A stretch of 64,000 bases of DNA from Candidatus Moraniibacteriota bacterium (GCA_016699425.1 CP064975.1:386979-450978); one strand, 5' to 3'. Shown: positions 40,580-49,546, counted from the first letter of the stretch. Numbers and translations are program-made. Notes: a model not told the origin generated them from the letters alone.

Positions 40580-42052
40580 TTAAGGCGCTTTCTTCGTGAA
40601 TAATCGAAGGAGTGGAGCGGTATCAGCCGGCGTGAGGACTCCAAATGCACGCAACATGAGAAAATGCACTCCTGTGAGGAAGGATCCGGATGCGATGAAA
40701 AAAAGATGTGTCCGGGGGAGATATCGGGCAGCGATGACAATACTCACCATGCCGAGAAGCGAAACCGCGATGAGTCTGAGTGAGAGTCGCGCTTTGAAGT
40801 GAAGCTCGGTATAGGCGAGTATCGAGAGCATCAGGACGCCAGAGATAATCGTCGTCGCCATCGCGGCGCCGGTGATCCCGTAGCGGGGGATGAAATAGAG
40901 ATTGAGGAGGATGATACCAATCATACCGAACAAGGTGAGTTTCATCGGCACTCGGGCTTGTCCTGCACCATTGAGTGCAAAAGCGAGGATATAGAAAATG
41001 GTGAGGAAGCCGACACCGACCGCGTAGATCCGCATCGGCGCAACTGCTTCGGCATACTGACCGCCATAGAAGAGATTGAGTACTTCTGGCGCGAAAGCAA
41101 TGAGGAGGGCCACCATCGGGAAGAGCAGGAGTGTGAGTAAGCGCAGGGCCTGAGTGATGAAACGGGTGGTTTCGGCCTCGTCACGCTCTGCGTTAAGCTT
41201 GGATACGGTTGGGAGCATGATGAGGGCGAGGGCGTAGAAGAGGTAGTAGGGGATGCGACCGACGGTGATAGCGGCATTGTAGATCCCGGTTAGGTGGTCG
41301 CTTCCGAGCATGGCTTTGACGAAATACAGGTCGAGGGTGAGGATACACTCATAAAAAAGCAGAAAGAGGGTGACTGGCCAGGCGTACTGGAGAATTGTTC
41401 GCATGGAAAACAATGATTCGTCTTTTGTGCTGTGGGCGGCCAGGAAGTGTCGCTTCATCGTTATTCGTTCGGCAATGAGTCCGATGAGGAAGACGACGAG
41501 CGGGGCGGCGATATAGCCACTGATCGCTCCCTGGACACCGAAGTAATAGCCGAAAAGGATGATGAAAATAATCCGCGCCAGGGCCCGGCTCATTTTGAGC
41601 ATGGCCTGGATTCGGAAGAAGTGCAGGCCCGTGAAGAAGAAGGCATTGAAAGAGGCCGCCGAGAATGCTGGGATGATGAGCGCGGAGAGTCGGAAGAGAG
41701 GTGTCAGACCAGGGTCATTGAGGAGCACGGCAATCACGGGCGCAAAGAGGAAAAATATGACAGTGACCGATCCCATGAGGAAGAACTGGAGTCGAGCGGC
41801 TGCCCTGCGAATCCCGTAGATTTTTTCTGGTGTCGTTTCGAAGACTTCGCTCAGGTATTTGGACATGGCGGTCGGGATGCCATTGCCGATGAGCACGATG
41901 ATCATGGTGGTGAGAGTGACGACGAGCCCGAATCGGCCGTAGTCGGAGGGCCCAAGGATGCGCCCCATCGCAGAGTGGATGATATAGCCAGCCAAGTTGA
42001 AGACGATCTCGGAGAGCGATAACCAGAAGAGGGATCGGGAGAAGGTGCTCAT
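40580..42052 (-). CDS. Oligosaccharide flippase (Wzx/MOP superfamily)
   Basis: 490 aa and about 14 TM segments. The N-terminus is typical of polysaccharide_biosynth/MurJ-like flippases. Confidence 0.75.
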   Translation of the reverse strand: MSTFSRSLFWLSLSEIVFNLAGYIIHSAMGRILGPSDYGRFGLVVTLTTMIIVLIGNGIPTAMSKYLSEVFETTPEKIYGIRRAAARLQFFLMGSVTVIFFLFAPVIAVLLNDPGLTPLFRLSALIIPAFSAASFNAFFFTGLHFFRIQAMLKMSRALARIIFIILFGYYFGVQGAISGYIAAPLVVFLIGLIAERITMKRHFLAAHSTKDESLFSMRTILQYAWPVTLFLLFYECILTLDLYFVKAMLGSDHLTGIYNAAITVGRIPYYLFYALALIMLPTVSKLNAERDEAETTRFITQALRLLTLLLFPMVALLIAFAPEVLNLFYGGQYAEAVAPMRIYAVGVGFLTIFYILAFALNGAGQARVPMKLTLFGMIGIILLNLYFIPRYGITGAAMATTIISGVLMLSILAYTELHFKARLSLRLIAVSLLGMVSIVIAARYLPRTHLFFIASGSFLTGVHFLMLRAFGVLTPADTAPLLRLFTKKAP

Positions 42053-42648
42053 AGTCGTTCAAGAACCGTCTGATGGATTTTTTCTGGGTTGTCATCAGCT
42101 TCGACAAGGATAAAGTCCCAAAGCGCCGCCGCCTCGGCAAAGAGCAGTTGTTTGTCTTTCAGGTAGGCGAGACCTTGCTCGGGCTGTCGTTCGCGCGCCA
42201 TGACGCGCTCCGGGTCGATCGAGAGGAAGAATGCATGGTTGGGTTTTGGGATGAGACGCGTCATCCAGGCAGCATACGGTGTCTTGAGCAGAGTACCGTC
42301 GAGATAGGCGATATTGACGAGGGAATCATAGAGATAGCGATCGGAGAGGAGGTAGTCAGTATCAGCGTGCTCGAGGCGGCGGACATACCGTCGGAATCGA
42401 AGGACATCGACGAAGAGAATGATCTGACGCAAGAGCACGCCGAGGCCCGAGCTCTTGATGACCGCTTTCGCTGTGCCGGGCTGGCTTGCGTGACGGCGGA
42501 ACAGTCGTTTGGCTGCCTGAGGCAGACTCCACTCGACGGCGTGGAAGTAAGCGACTCGGGCGCCGCCTGTCTCTACGTATTTCCGGAGCAGCGCGAGCTG
42601 GCTCGACTTCCCCGATCCATCAATGCCGCTGAAGGTGATGATTTTCAC
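42049..42648 (-). CDS. tmk: Thymidylate kinase
   Basis: P-loop FSGIDGSGKSSQ, DRY motif LLSDRYLYDSL, and 199 aa length. Confidence 0.8.
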   Translation of the reverse strand: MKIITFSGIDGSGKSSQLALLRKYVETGGARVAYFHAVEWSLPQAAKRLFRRHASQPGTAKAVIKSSGLGVLLRQIILFVDVLRFRRYVRRLEHADTDYLLSDRYLYDSLVNIAYLDGTLLKTPYAAWMTRLIPKPNHAFFLSIDPERVMARERQPEQGLAYLKDKQLLFAEAAALWDFILVEADDNPEKIHQTVLERL

Positions 42649-42666
42649 AGCAAAGAAATGACGTGA

Positions 42667-43227
42667 TTACCGTGAGTCTTCTGATAGAATGTACTCCCAA
42701 CCAGGTTGCCAGTTCTTCGTCTTCCGCCAATCATCTGCGAGCGCTTGCTTCCATGTCTTGCCATTGATCAGAACATCCAGCGAGAGTTGTGGAGCCTTAT
42801 GCGCAACGATGGCAACACGTTTCCCGTCGTAGTTTTTCTTCAGGAATTCGAGAAAGTCTGCCACACGTGCTTTGACATCCTCATAGCTTTCTCCTTCCGG
42901 AAATGGCTTTTCAATGCATTCTTCTTCCTGCATGGGCTCAACGATATCAGATGAAGCGCCATTGAGTGTTCCATAATTACACTCACGCAGTCTGGCATCG
43001 GGGATAATTACATAGAGACCTTCCCATGAGAGCTTTGCCGAGTTGTGGGCGCGCTGTAAATCAGAACAGAAAACAACATCAAATGTCTTGTCTTTGGTCT
43101 GCTCTTTCAAGTCAACGGACTGCTTGACTCCAAGTTCGGAAAGTTCGACATCTTTCCAACCAGAAGATACATGTCGTTCGTTATCCGTAGTGGTGCCATG
43201 AACAAAGTAGGTAATGTAAACGGGCAT
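42667..43227 (-). CDS. Histidine phosphatase (phosphoglycerate-mutase-like) family protein
   Basis: N-terminal FVHGTTTDNE, a conserved SDLQRAHNSA, and the second His in IVAHKAP. Confidence 0.65.
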   Translation of the reverse strand: MPVYITYFVHGTTTDNERHVSSGWKDVELSELGVKQSVDLKEQTKDKTFDVVFCSDLQRAHNSAKLSWEGLYVIIPDARLRECNYGTLNGASSDIVEPMQEEECIEKPFPEGESYEDVKARVADFLEFLKKNYDGKRVAIVAHKAPQLSLDVLINGKTWKQALADDWRKTKNWQPGWEYILSEDSR

Positions 43228-43233
43228 AGGAGG

Positions 43234-44739
43234 TTAGTACATGATGATCGAGACGGGCATGAGGCGGGCGACGGGCTTGACGATATTGTTTTCTTTGACC
43301 GTCGCGATGATGTCGTCGATCCGCTTGTAGTGCGCACTGTCCTGTTCGATGACTTTGGAGGACTGGCCATTGTAGAGCCTCACACCGCGGGCTGTGAGTT
43401 TCTCATGGAGAGCTGACTTGTCCTCAGGGACAATCGTATCCGATTTTGACTTGGCCTTGCCGGCGCCATGATTGCAGGAGTAGAAGCTCGACTCGTTGCC
43501 GTCCATGCCGACGCAGAGGAAGGCTTCGGTTGACATCGAGCTCGGGATGAAAGCGGGCTCGCCCGTATCCTTGAACAGCGGGTGTCCCGCCATGCGCGAT
43601 GGACCATAGGCGCGGCTCGTGCCGTTGCGGTGTACCCAGACGGACTTCCCGTAGTGCTCTTCCTCCGAAACAAGGATATGCGGCATGTCGTAGAGGAGCT
43701 CGAGCTCAGGATCACGGCCGAGGACCTGCTTTACCGTCTCACTCACGTTGTGGGTGATGGTCGCACGGTTCGCATGAGCGAAGTTGGAGCAGGCATTGCG
43801 CGCCGCCATGTACATCTCGCCTTCCGGTCCGTGGCCATCATAGGTGAAGAGCTCTTCTTTGGCGCCGAACTGGTAGGCTTTGATCTTCTTTGCGATCCGA
43901 TCGTACACTGGCCGGAGCGGTGAGCGGAAGAGAAACTTGCCGAGCTCGACCATGATGGCCTGCGAGAGGTGCTCGCGCTTTTTCGCCGTGTACATGTACA
44001 TCGTGTATTGGCCGAGGATGCCCGATCCACAGTGGACCATGAAGACGTATTGGCCGTTTTGGAGACCGAATTTCTTGGCGGTCTCTTCGTCTTCGATGCC
44101 GGTCACTTTCATGAGGTCAAGGAAGTGATTACCGGCCGCGCCGAGGATGCCAAGCCGAAAGGTTGCAAACCAGAGGAAGAGTTTCGGGATGACGCTGTAG
44201 ATGCTCTCGCGTGAAACCTCGCTGCCGAAGAAATTTCCACTTTCGATGCAGTGCGTCTCCTCGTTCTTCGTCTCGATACCGAGCGCCGTGATGAGCGGAC
44301 GAATGCCGCCCCGGCAGATATCGACGACGGTATCAAAGGAAACCCGGGTACCGACAAACTGCTTCGTCGGGACGGTCGCGACGAGCGCCTGAAAGAGCAC
44401 ATCGAGTTCCTCAGGCGTGATATTGTTCTCGGTCAGATTGGTCTTCACCAGGCGCATGCCACAGGCCGGATCGGAGTCATTGACCTGGGGGAGGATGTGG
44501 TGTTCCGAAGTGACCGTTGTACCGGTGGCGTTCTTGCGGCCTGGCTTGGAGTGGACGTCGGCCATGGCCGCGATGTGATGGAACACCGTGTCGTTACTCG
44601 CGACACTTTCGAGTTGTTCTAGCGTCGCATCGCTTGGCATCAGGTCGTCGCCGACATGGAAGACGACGGGGACTTTCATCTGGTCCGTCTTCATTTCTTG
44701 CTTGAGATTGCCGATTTTCTTGATGGCGTCTTCGAACAT
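43234..44739 (-). CDS. rtcB: RtcB-like RNA ligase
   Basis: AMADVHSKPG, MVHCGSGILG and SCNHGAGKAKS correspond to the RtcB metal-binding and His-nucleophile regions. Confidence 0.6.
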   Translation of the reverse strand: MFEDAIKKIGNLKQEMKTDQMKVPVVFHVGDDLMPSDATLEQLESVASNDTVFHHIAAMADVHSKPGRKNATGTTVTSEHHILPQVNDSDPACGMRLVKTNLTENNITPEELDVLFQALVATVPTKQFVGTRVSFDTVVDICRGGIRPLITALGIETKNEETHCIESGNFFGSEVSRESIYSVIPKLFLWFATFRLGILGAAGNHFLDLMKVTGIEDEETAKKFGLQNGQYVFMVHCGSGILGQYTMYMYTAKKREHLSQAIMVELGKFLFRSPLRPVYDRIAKKIKAYQFGAKEELFTYDGHGPEGEMYMAARNACSNFAHANRATITHNVSETVKQVLGRDPELELLYDMPHILVSEEEHYGKSVWVHRNGTSRAYGPSRMAGHPLFKDTGEPAFIPSSMSTEAFLCVGMDGNESSFYSCNHGAGKAKSKSDTIVPEDKSALHEKLTARGVRLYNGQSSKVIEQDSAHYKRIDDIIATVKENNIVKPVARLMPVSIIMY

Positions 44740-44745
44740 AGGATT

Positions 44746-45237
44746 TTATTTGTGGTCGCCGAAGGGTTCAATGGAACGATTGGGGCGAATAAGAAAGCGT
44801 AGTGAATAACCAGCACCATTTTCTTCTTTATGGAGAAAGTCAGCGAGACCAGATTGGAAATTTTCGAGAGCAGCCCATGAACAATCCTGATCGCGTTTTT
44901 CGGGATGGAGCTTAGATCCGAACGGTGACTCCCTGCCTTGAGTCGTGTGCAGATTGATACGGTAGACTCCTACCGGCCACCAAGAAGTATCGAGAGAGTA
45001 GTATCCGTCTTTATTGGCGGAGAGAGGCATCATTGTATCATCGAGCTTATTTCCAACCCACATTCCGTACGGAACATGAGGATAGTATTTTTCCATTAAT
45101 TCTCGAGTTTCTTTGACACGGGTGTCATCATTATCAAGCGCACTATAAGCCGAACCTACCCATAACCAGGCCGTATCGGTCCCAAGGAGCGTTTGAGAAA
45201 AGCGCATTTGATCTCGTGAAAGTTCAATTAGCATACG
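44746..45237 (-). CDS. Hypothetical protein
   Basis: The start is uncertain. The longer ORF, extending to 45321, would overlap the upstream GT4 gene. Confidence 0.35.
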   Translation of the reverse strand, partial: RMLIELSRDQMRFSQTLLGTDTAWLWVGSAYSALDNDDTRVKETRELMEKYYPHVPYGMWVGNKLDDTMMPLSANKDGYYSLDTSWWPVGVYRINLHTTQGRESPFGSKLHPEKRDQDCSWAALENFQSGLADFLHKEENGAGYSLRFLIRPNRSIEPFGDHK

Positions 45238-45253
45238 AATAAACGGTAACAAG

Positions 45254-46396
45254 TTAGAGGGAAGCGTAGAGTTCACCGTAGTGTCGGGCCGTTTCTCGGA
45301 GGTCGAAATGTGTTTCGGCATAGGTCCGAGCGGTTTGCCCGATTGCTGCCCGAGTATCCGAATTATGCTTTAAATAAAGGATAGTATCGATCAGTGCCTG
45401 GTCATCGAGCCTGGGGATGGTAACAGAAATTTGGTCATTTGAGAACTCTCGAAAGGCTTCCAAGTCAGAGAGGATGACGGGCTTTCCGCAGGCATAGGCC
45501 TCGATGATGACGAGCGGGACGTCGAATTTGCCACGGAGGTCGCCCACAGGAAATGCGATCACATCCGCGGTATTGTAGACGGTGGCCATATCGGCGGTGG
45601 CATTGCCATCGTCGAAGCGGATATGTTCGAGGCAGCCGGCCTGACGGAACCGTTCCCGTACTTCTTCGCGTTTCACTCGATCGGCTTCGTTCTTGATCCG
45701 GCAGGCAAAGAGGAAAATAAACGGTTCAGAGATCGGAGCTGTGAAATGGCGAATGAGCGTTTCGACGAGATAGTCTGTCGCGCCGAGCCGAGTGTATTCG
45801 CCAGGGTAGACGACCAGGAAATCCTCGGGTGTGAGGTTGTATGAATCAAGGACGGCCTGGCTCTTCGGCCGGGGCTGATACTTTTCCAGATCGATGCCGG
45901 GATAGATCCGCTCGACATTGTCGAAGCCGAGCGCATTCAGTTTCGTCTTGGTCGCATCGGTGTAAGTTGCGAGTTGATCTGCGAAGAAAAGGTGTTTGAG
46001 AAGATTTCGAGGGTATCGATCTTCACGAAGTGTCGCGACGGTTTGGATACTTTTAGGACGGAAAGGTGTAAAGTACTTTATGACAAAAGCATTGAAGAGT
46101 GTCGGAGTAAAGAGGTAGTGAACAATGTCGTATTTAAAACTCTGAGCAAATAAATAGAGCGGAAGTCTCGCTTTCTGAAGAAATGGATAATGTGATTTAG
46201 CTCCAGTTTTTTGTTTTGAATAGAGTGGGTGAAGAATGACGTTGGTACCCATATCCTTGAGTCCTTCCGGGGTTGTCAGAACATGCATCGTCAAATCTTC
46301 ATTGCGAATGTTTTTGGCTAAAAAGTACGCAAAGTTTTTTGAGGCTTCATCCCAAGGCGGGACAATCGGTCGGGTCGCGAGGAGGATTTGCTTCAT
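45254..46396 (-). CDS. Glycosyltransferase family 4
   Basis: GT-B fold with IIEAYACGKPVILSDLEAFREF. Confidence 0.8.
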   Translation of the reverse strand: MKQILLATRPIVPPWDEASKNFAYFLAKNIRNEDLTMHVLTTPEGLKDMGTNVILHPLYSKQKTGAKSHYPFLQKARLPLYLFAQSFKYDIVHYLFTPTLFNAFVIKYFTPFRPKSIQTVATLREDRYPRNLLKHLFFADQLATYTDATKTKLNALGFDNVERIYPGIDLEKYQPRPKSQAVLDSYNLTPEDFLVVYPGEYTRLGATDYLVETLIRHFTAPISEPFIFLFACRIKNEADRVKREEVRERFRQAGCLEHIRFDDGNATADMATVYNTADVIAFPVGDLRGKFDVPLVIIEAYACGKPVILSDLEAFREFSNDQISVTIPRLDDQALIDTILYLKHNSDTRAAIGQTARTYAETHFDLRETARHYGELYASL

Positions 46397-46755
46397 AGTG
46401 AGCGATAGATGGTTTCGTCGCGGCCATCGTGCGAGACGGTGATGGTGATACGTCCAGAGACGGGCATGAATGGTATCGAAGGGACGTGTGTCATATCGTT
46501 CCCGGGTTCGACTACGAATACGCCCGTGGCGAGGGTCTGATCATCGGCCGAGATAGTGTAGCGGAAGTCAGCAGTTGTCGTATGGTTTGAGACGACAAAG
46601 TCGAGGCTCGCCGCGTTCTTCGGTTCGGCGAAAGACAAGCTCCACCAGTTTTTCCCAGTGTTCGGATCAAGCCCCCGTTCGTTCACCGAAAACAGGTACG
46701 CGGCCGAAAGCGCAAAGAGAACAATCAAGCCAAAAATGAGGCGTTTTTCAGTCAT
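46393..46755 (-). CDS. Small exported hypothetical protein
   Basis: Start at MTEKRLIFGLIVLFALSAAYLF, a signal anchor. Its stop overlaps the start of the downstream GT4 gene. Confidence 0.45.
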   Translation of the reverse strand: MTEKRLIFGLIVLFALSAAYLFSVNERGLDPNTGKNWWSLSFAEPKNAASLDFVVSNHTTTADFRYTISADDQTLATGVFVVEPGNDMTHVPSIPFMPVSGRITITVSHDGRDETIYRSL

Positions 46756-46843
46756 AGCAGTACCGCTAGTATACTGGGAATAAAGTAATATTTCCACATA
46801 CTCTCAGAACCCGCACGCAAACCCTAAATCCCGTTTCCTCTAC

Positions 46844-46883
46844 CTGTACAAAGTGTGTTACTATAGTACCAGTCTTTGTACAA
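46844..46883. promoter_or_regulatory. Bipartite palindromic operator-like repeat (copy 1): cTGTACAA-N24-TTGTACAA
   Basis: TTGTACAA is a perfect 8-bp palindrome. The two boxes sit 32 bp centre-to-centre, separated by a conserved AGTGTGTTACTA spacer, and overlap the promoter of the regulator gene at 46911. Confidence 0.45.
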
Positions 46884-46910
46884 AGAGAAGTTATTCTATC
46901 CAAGATTCTT

Positions 46911-47516
46911 ATGCATCCGAAAACTCAAGAAGCTATTTGGTACGGAGCTTCAGCCAAACATACGGGTAACATCTCGATCAGTGGAGTGCTCCTCGGTGTC
47001 GTTGGGATGACGGGCCTCGTTGCGATCAGTCTCGTTGCTCCAAACGCTCTGAAACTGCTTCAGGCGATACCCACGCGAAATCGCCGCCGATCAGACAAAA
47101 AGTCTATTGATCAAACCCTAGATAAGCTCATCCAACAGCAGCATATCCATAAGGTACGAAAAAATGGAGCAAGTTTTTATATGCTTACCAAGAAAGGGGC
47201 GGCACAGTTGGCGAAGCTGAGACTCTCGATGGGTGCGCTCACTATTCCAAAAAAATGGGATGAAAAGTGGCGTATAGTGACCTATGATATTAGTGAAAAG
47301 CGACGTTCTAAACGAATACTGTTATTGCGAGCCTTATATGAGGCGGGATTTTATCACCTGCAGGATAGCGTGTGGGTTTATCCGTACCCTTGTCGAGAGC
47401 TCAGTGTGTTACTCAAATTTCACTTCGCGCTGGGGAAAGAAGTCTTGTATATTGAAGCAGCAGAAATTGAATTAGAGCCAAAATTGCTCAAACACTTTGG
47501 CCTACAGAGGAACTGA
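46911..47516 (+). CDS. PaaX-family-like wHTH transcriptional regulator (short, 201 aa)
   Basis: A winged-helix wing GASFYMLTKKG resembles PaaX RSFYSLSDKG. A middle-domain motif KKWDEKWRIVTYDISEKRRSKRILLLRALYEAGFYHLQDSVWVYPYP resembles PaaX AWDGKWLLLLSEGLDKS…LIWQGFGALAPSLMASP. Confidence 0.55.
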   Translation: MHPKTQEAIWYGASAKHTGNISISGVLLGVVGMTGLVAISLVAPNALKLLQAIPTRNRRRSDKKSIDQTLDKLIQQQHIHKVRKNGASFYMLTKKGAAQLAKLRLSMGALTIPKKWDEKWRIVTYDISEKRRSKRILLLRALYEAGFYHLQDSVWVYPYPCRELSVLLKFHFALGKEVLYIEAAEIELEPKLLKHFGLQRN

Positions 47517-47533
47517 TGCTGTGGTTGAGATTT

Positions 47534-47573
47534 ATTGTACAAAGTGTGTTACTACCGTTACTGGATTTGTACA
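47534..47573. promoter_or_regulatory. Bipartite operator-like repeat (copy 2): TTGTACAA-N24-TTGTACAA
   Basis: Same motif and spacing as copy 1. It lies about 25 bp upstream of the -35 of the COG0523 gene's promoter TTGACG-N17-TATGAT. Confidence 0.45.
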
Positions 47574-47634
47574 ATAAAGTGACGGGAGTAGGTTATTGAC
47601 GTATGATTGAGCGCTGCCTATGATGCAGTGACCT

Positions 47635-48684
47635 ATGGTTATGTCTGAGAAACTTTCACCAGTATTCAAGAAGATCCCAGTCACTATCCTGACGGGCTTC
47701 CTCGGCGCCGGCAAGACCACGCTCCTCAACCATATTCTCTCGTCCAAGACCGGTGAGAAGATCGTGGTCATCGTCAATGAATTCGGCGCGGTCGGGATCG
47801 ATGGGGCGTTGGTGGTCGGGGGCGAGGAGCACCTCGTCACGCTCGACAATGGCTGCATCTGCTGCACGGTCCGCAATGACTTGGTCGAGACCCTGACTGA
47901 CCTTCTGAAGCGGAAACTCGGCATGGCAGGAGAAATGGCCGAAGCAGGGGAAAGTGCTGCCCCACTTGTTTTCGATCGGATTGTGATCGAGACCACGGGC
48001 TTGGCTGATCCCATCCCGCTCGTCCAGACATTCATGATGGATGATGTCCTCATGGCAGCCTATGAAATAGCGGCCATCGTCACGGTCGTCGATGCCGTCC
48101 ATATCGAAAAGCAGCTCGGGTACCTGCCCGTAGCAGCCGAGCAGATCGCGCTCGCCGACCTCATCCTCCTGTCCAAGACCGATCTCTTCTTGGGCGAGGG
48201 AGAGAGCGAAGAAAGAAAAAAACGTATGTCTGAGATCGAGTCAAAAATTCAAGCCATCAATCCTGCGGCTCCGATCATAGCGACTGTCATGGGAGTGATC
48301 CCGAATGCCGAGCTCTTCCGCGAGCGGCGTTTCTTTGCGGCACCCGAAACCGTCCAAGGACATGACCACACGAGCCATACACACGGCATCTCGAGCGTTG
48401 TTCTAAAAACAGATAAGTTAATCGATATCGACCGGCTTTATGCCTGGATCGGGGAGCTTCAGAATAGCCTCGGCCCCGACCTCCTCCGCTACAAGGGCAT
48501 CATCTATTCGGACGAGTACCCAGGCAAACACGCTGTCCTGCAGGGTGTCCATGCGCTCTATACCGTCACCCCAGACCGCGAGTGGAAAGAAAATGAAAAA
48601 CGCGAATCCGTCATCGTCGTCATCGGCCAAAACCTCGATCGTGAAGCGATAGAACAAGGATTCAAGCGGTCACTAGCAGACTAA
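47635..48684 (+). CDS. COG0523-family GTPase (CobW/YeiR/ZigA-like metallochaperone)
   Basis: Walker A GFLGAGKTTLLNHIL and the metal-binding CXCC motif GCICCT. A C-terminal CobW_C-like domain is present. Confidence 0.85.
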   Translation: MVMSEKLSPVFKKIPVTILTGFLGAGKTTLLNHILSSKTGEKIVVIVNEFGAVGIDGALVVGGEEHLVTLDNGCICCTVRNDLVETLTDLLKRKLGMAGEMAEAGESAAPLVFDRIVIETTGLADPIPLVQTFMMDDVLMAAYEIAAIVTVVDAVHIEKQLGYLPVAAEQIALADLILLSKTDLFLGEGESEERKKRMSEIESKIQAINPAAPIIATVMGVIPNAELFRERRFFAAPETVQGHDHTSHTHGISSVVLKTDKLIDIDRLYAWIGELQNSLGPDLLRYKGIIYSDEYPGKHAVLQGVHALYTVTPDREWKENEKRESVIVVIGQNLDREAIEQGFKRSLAD

Positions 48685-48698
48685 GAGGCAAAAAGAAG

Positions 48699-48730
48699 AC
48701 GACCTCTGAGGTGGGTCGTCGTAGCTTCGG
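48699..48730 (-). terminator. Intrinsic terminator of the secreted-protein gene A (minus strand)
   Basis: Minus-strand hairpin gacgacccacctcagaggtcgtc followed by ttctttttg. It shares the cgtagcttcggttgaagcg tail with the other two terminator copies. Confidence 0.5.
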
Positions 48731-48750
48731 TTGAAGCGCCTTGGTGAACC

Positions 48751-49119
48751 CTAGTTCACCTTCTCGATCATTTTCAGCGGGCCGCTGGAGCAGGGCGATT
48801 GGCCGCCGCAAGGGCAAAGCTTGCCGAACTCGTTCAGCGCAGCTTGGACGGACGTCCACGAATTCGGCGACGCAGCCTTGACCACGGCCAGATCGACCTT
48901 CTCGCGAAGGTGGCGCGGCTGTCCCTTGAGGTTGGCCAAAGCAAAGGTGATCTCCATCATGGTTTCGTGAGGCTTCTCGTCGAAGACCGCGGCCTTGTAG
49001 TTCGAGATGTTGCCAGCGCCGATACCGGCCGCGCGGCAGATGGCTTCGTTGGTCACAGTCTGTGCCAGGGCAGCGGCAGACATGGTAGCGAGAAGGGCAA
49101 TGAGAAGGAACTTGGACAT
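48751..49119 (-). CDS. Small secreted Cys-containing protein, paralog A (122 aa)
   Basis: Signal peptide MSKFLLIALLATMSAAALA. Conserved blocks EAICRAAGIGAGNISNYKA and ALNEFGKLCPCGG. Confidence 0.6.
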   Translation of the reverse strand: MSKFLLIALLATMSAAALAQTVTNEAICRAAGIGAGNISNYKAAVFDEKPHETMMEITFALANLKGQPRHLREKVDLAVVKAASPNSWTSVQAALNEFGKLCPCGGQSPCSSGPLKMIEKVN

Positions 49120-49143
49120 GTTTACACTCCTGTTTGGATTGAC

Positions 49144-49203
49144 GTCTGACGAGGGAATCTCATCAGACTTTATATGATAGCATATAACGTGCCATCAGTC
49201 AAC
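49144..49203 (-). promoter_or_regulatory. Sigma70 promoter (TTGACT-N17-TATCAT) plus 5'-UTR hairpin of paralog A
   Basis: Minus-strand read: TTGACTgatggcacgttatatgcTATCATataaaGTCTGATGAGattccCTCGTCAGAC…aggagtgtaaacATG. Confidence 0.55.
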
Positions 49204-49294
49204 TATTAAAATGAGGCTTGAAAAAGCCAGAATTTGCGAAATATTTTGATTGCTGCTAGTCCGTCACTGTCATGGGTGAGGTCTGTGTAGAATA

Positions 49295-49471
49295 GGGCGG
49301 AGGCTTTGAAGCGCTCGAAAGTCTGGAAGCACAGCGTGCAGGACCGAGAGAATGATCGCGATGGGCAACTGTCGAGGTATAAGGTGCGCAAGCATCCGCG
49401 GAGCCGACCGTGAAATACGCCCCGGGCGTCAAAAGGTGACCGGCATGTCGAGTTGGATGTGCCGTTTTTTT
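49295..49471 (+). ncRNA. Candidate small RNA (copy 1) ending in a rho-independent terminator. It is part of a ~255-bp conserved non-coding module (49276-49530).
   Basis: A possible -10 TAGAAT at 49288-49293. The body carries internal hairpins gcacagcgtgc and acgccccgggcgt. The terminator is ccggcatgtcgagttggatgtgccg plus T9 at 49438-49471. Confidence 0.35.
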
Positions 49472-49477
49472 TTACAC

Positions 49478-49508
49478 AAAAAGAAAACGACCCTCTTGTA
49501 GGCGGGGT
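49478..49508 (-). terminator. Intrinsic terminator of paralog B (minus strand), back-to-back with the plus-strand terminator
   Basis: Minus-strand hairpin cgaccccgcctacaagagggtcg followed by ttttctttttgtgt. Confidence 0.5.
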
Positions 49509-49546
49509 CGTTGTAGCTTCGGTTGAAGCGGCCTCGTGGGACTTAG

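Noticed and set aside
42049-42648. A Tmk-like kinase next to a phosphatase and RtcB, considered as a possible nucleotide-modification or defence module
   Set aside because: The protein has all canonical dTMP-kinase motifs (P-loop, DRY, LID-region arginines) and the expected size. Housekeeping tmk is the parsimonious call.
46911-47516. A Cas2-like 'YDISEKRR…DSVW' motif in the 201-aa protein, first taken as a stand-alone Cas2 or VapD
   Set aside because: The whole protein aligns better to the PaaX regulator family: a wHTH wing followed by a middle domain. No CRISPR array or other cas genes are present anywhere in the window.
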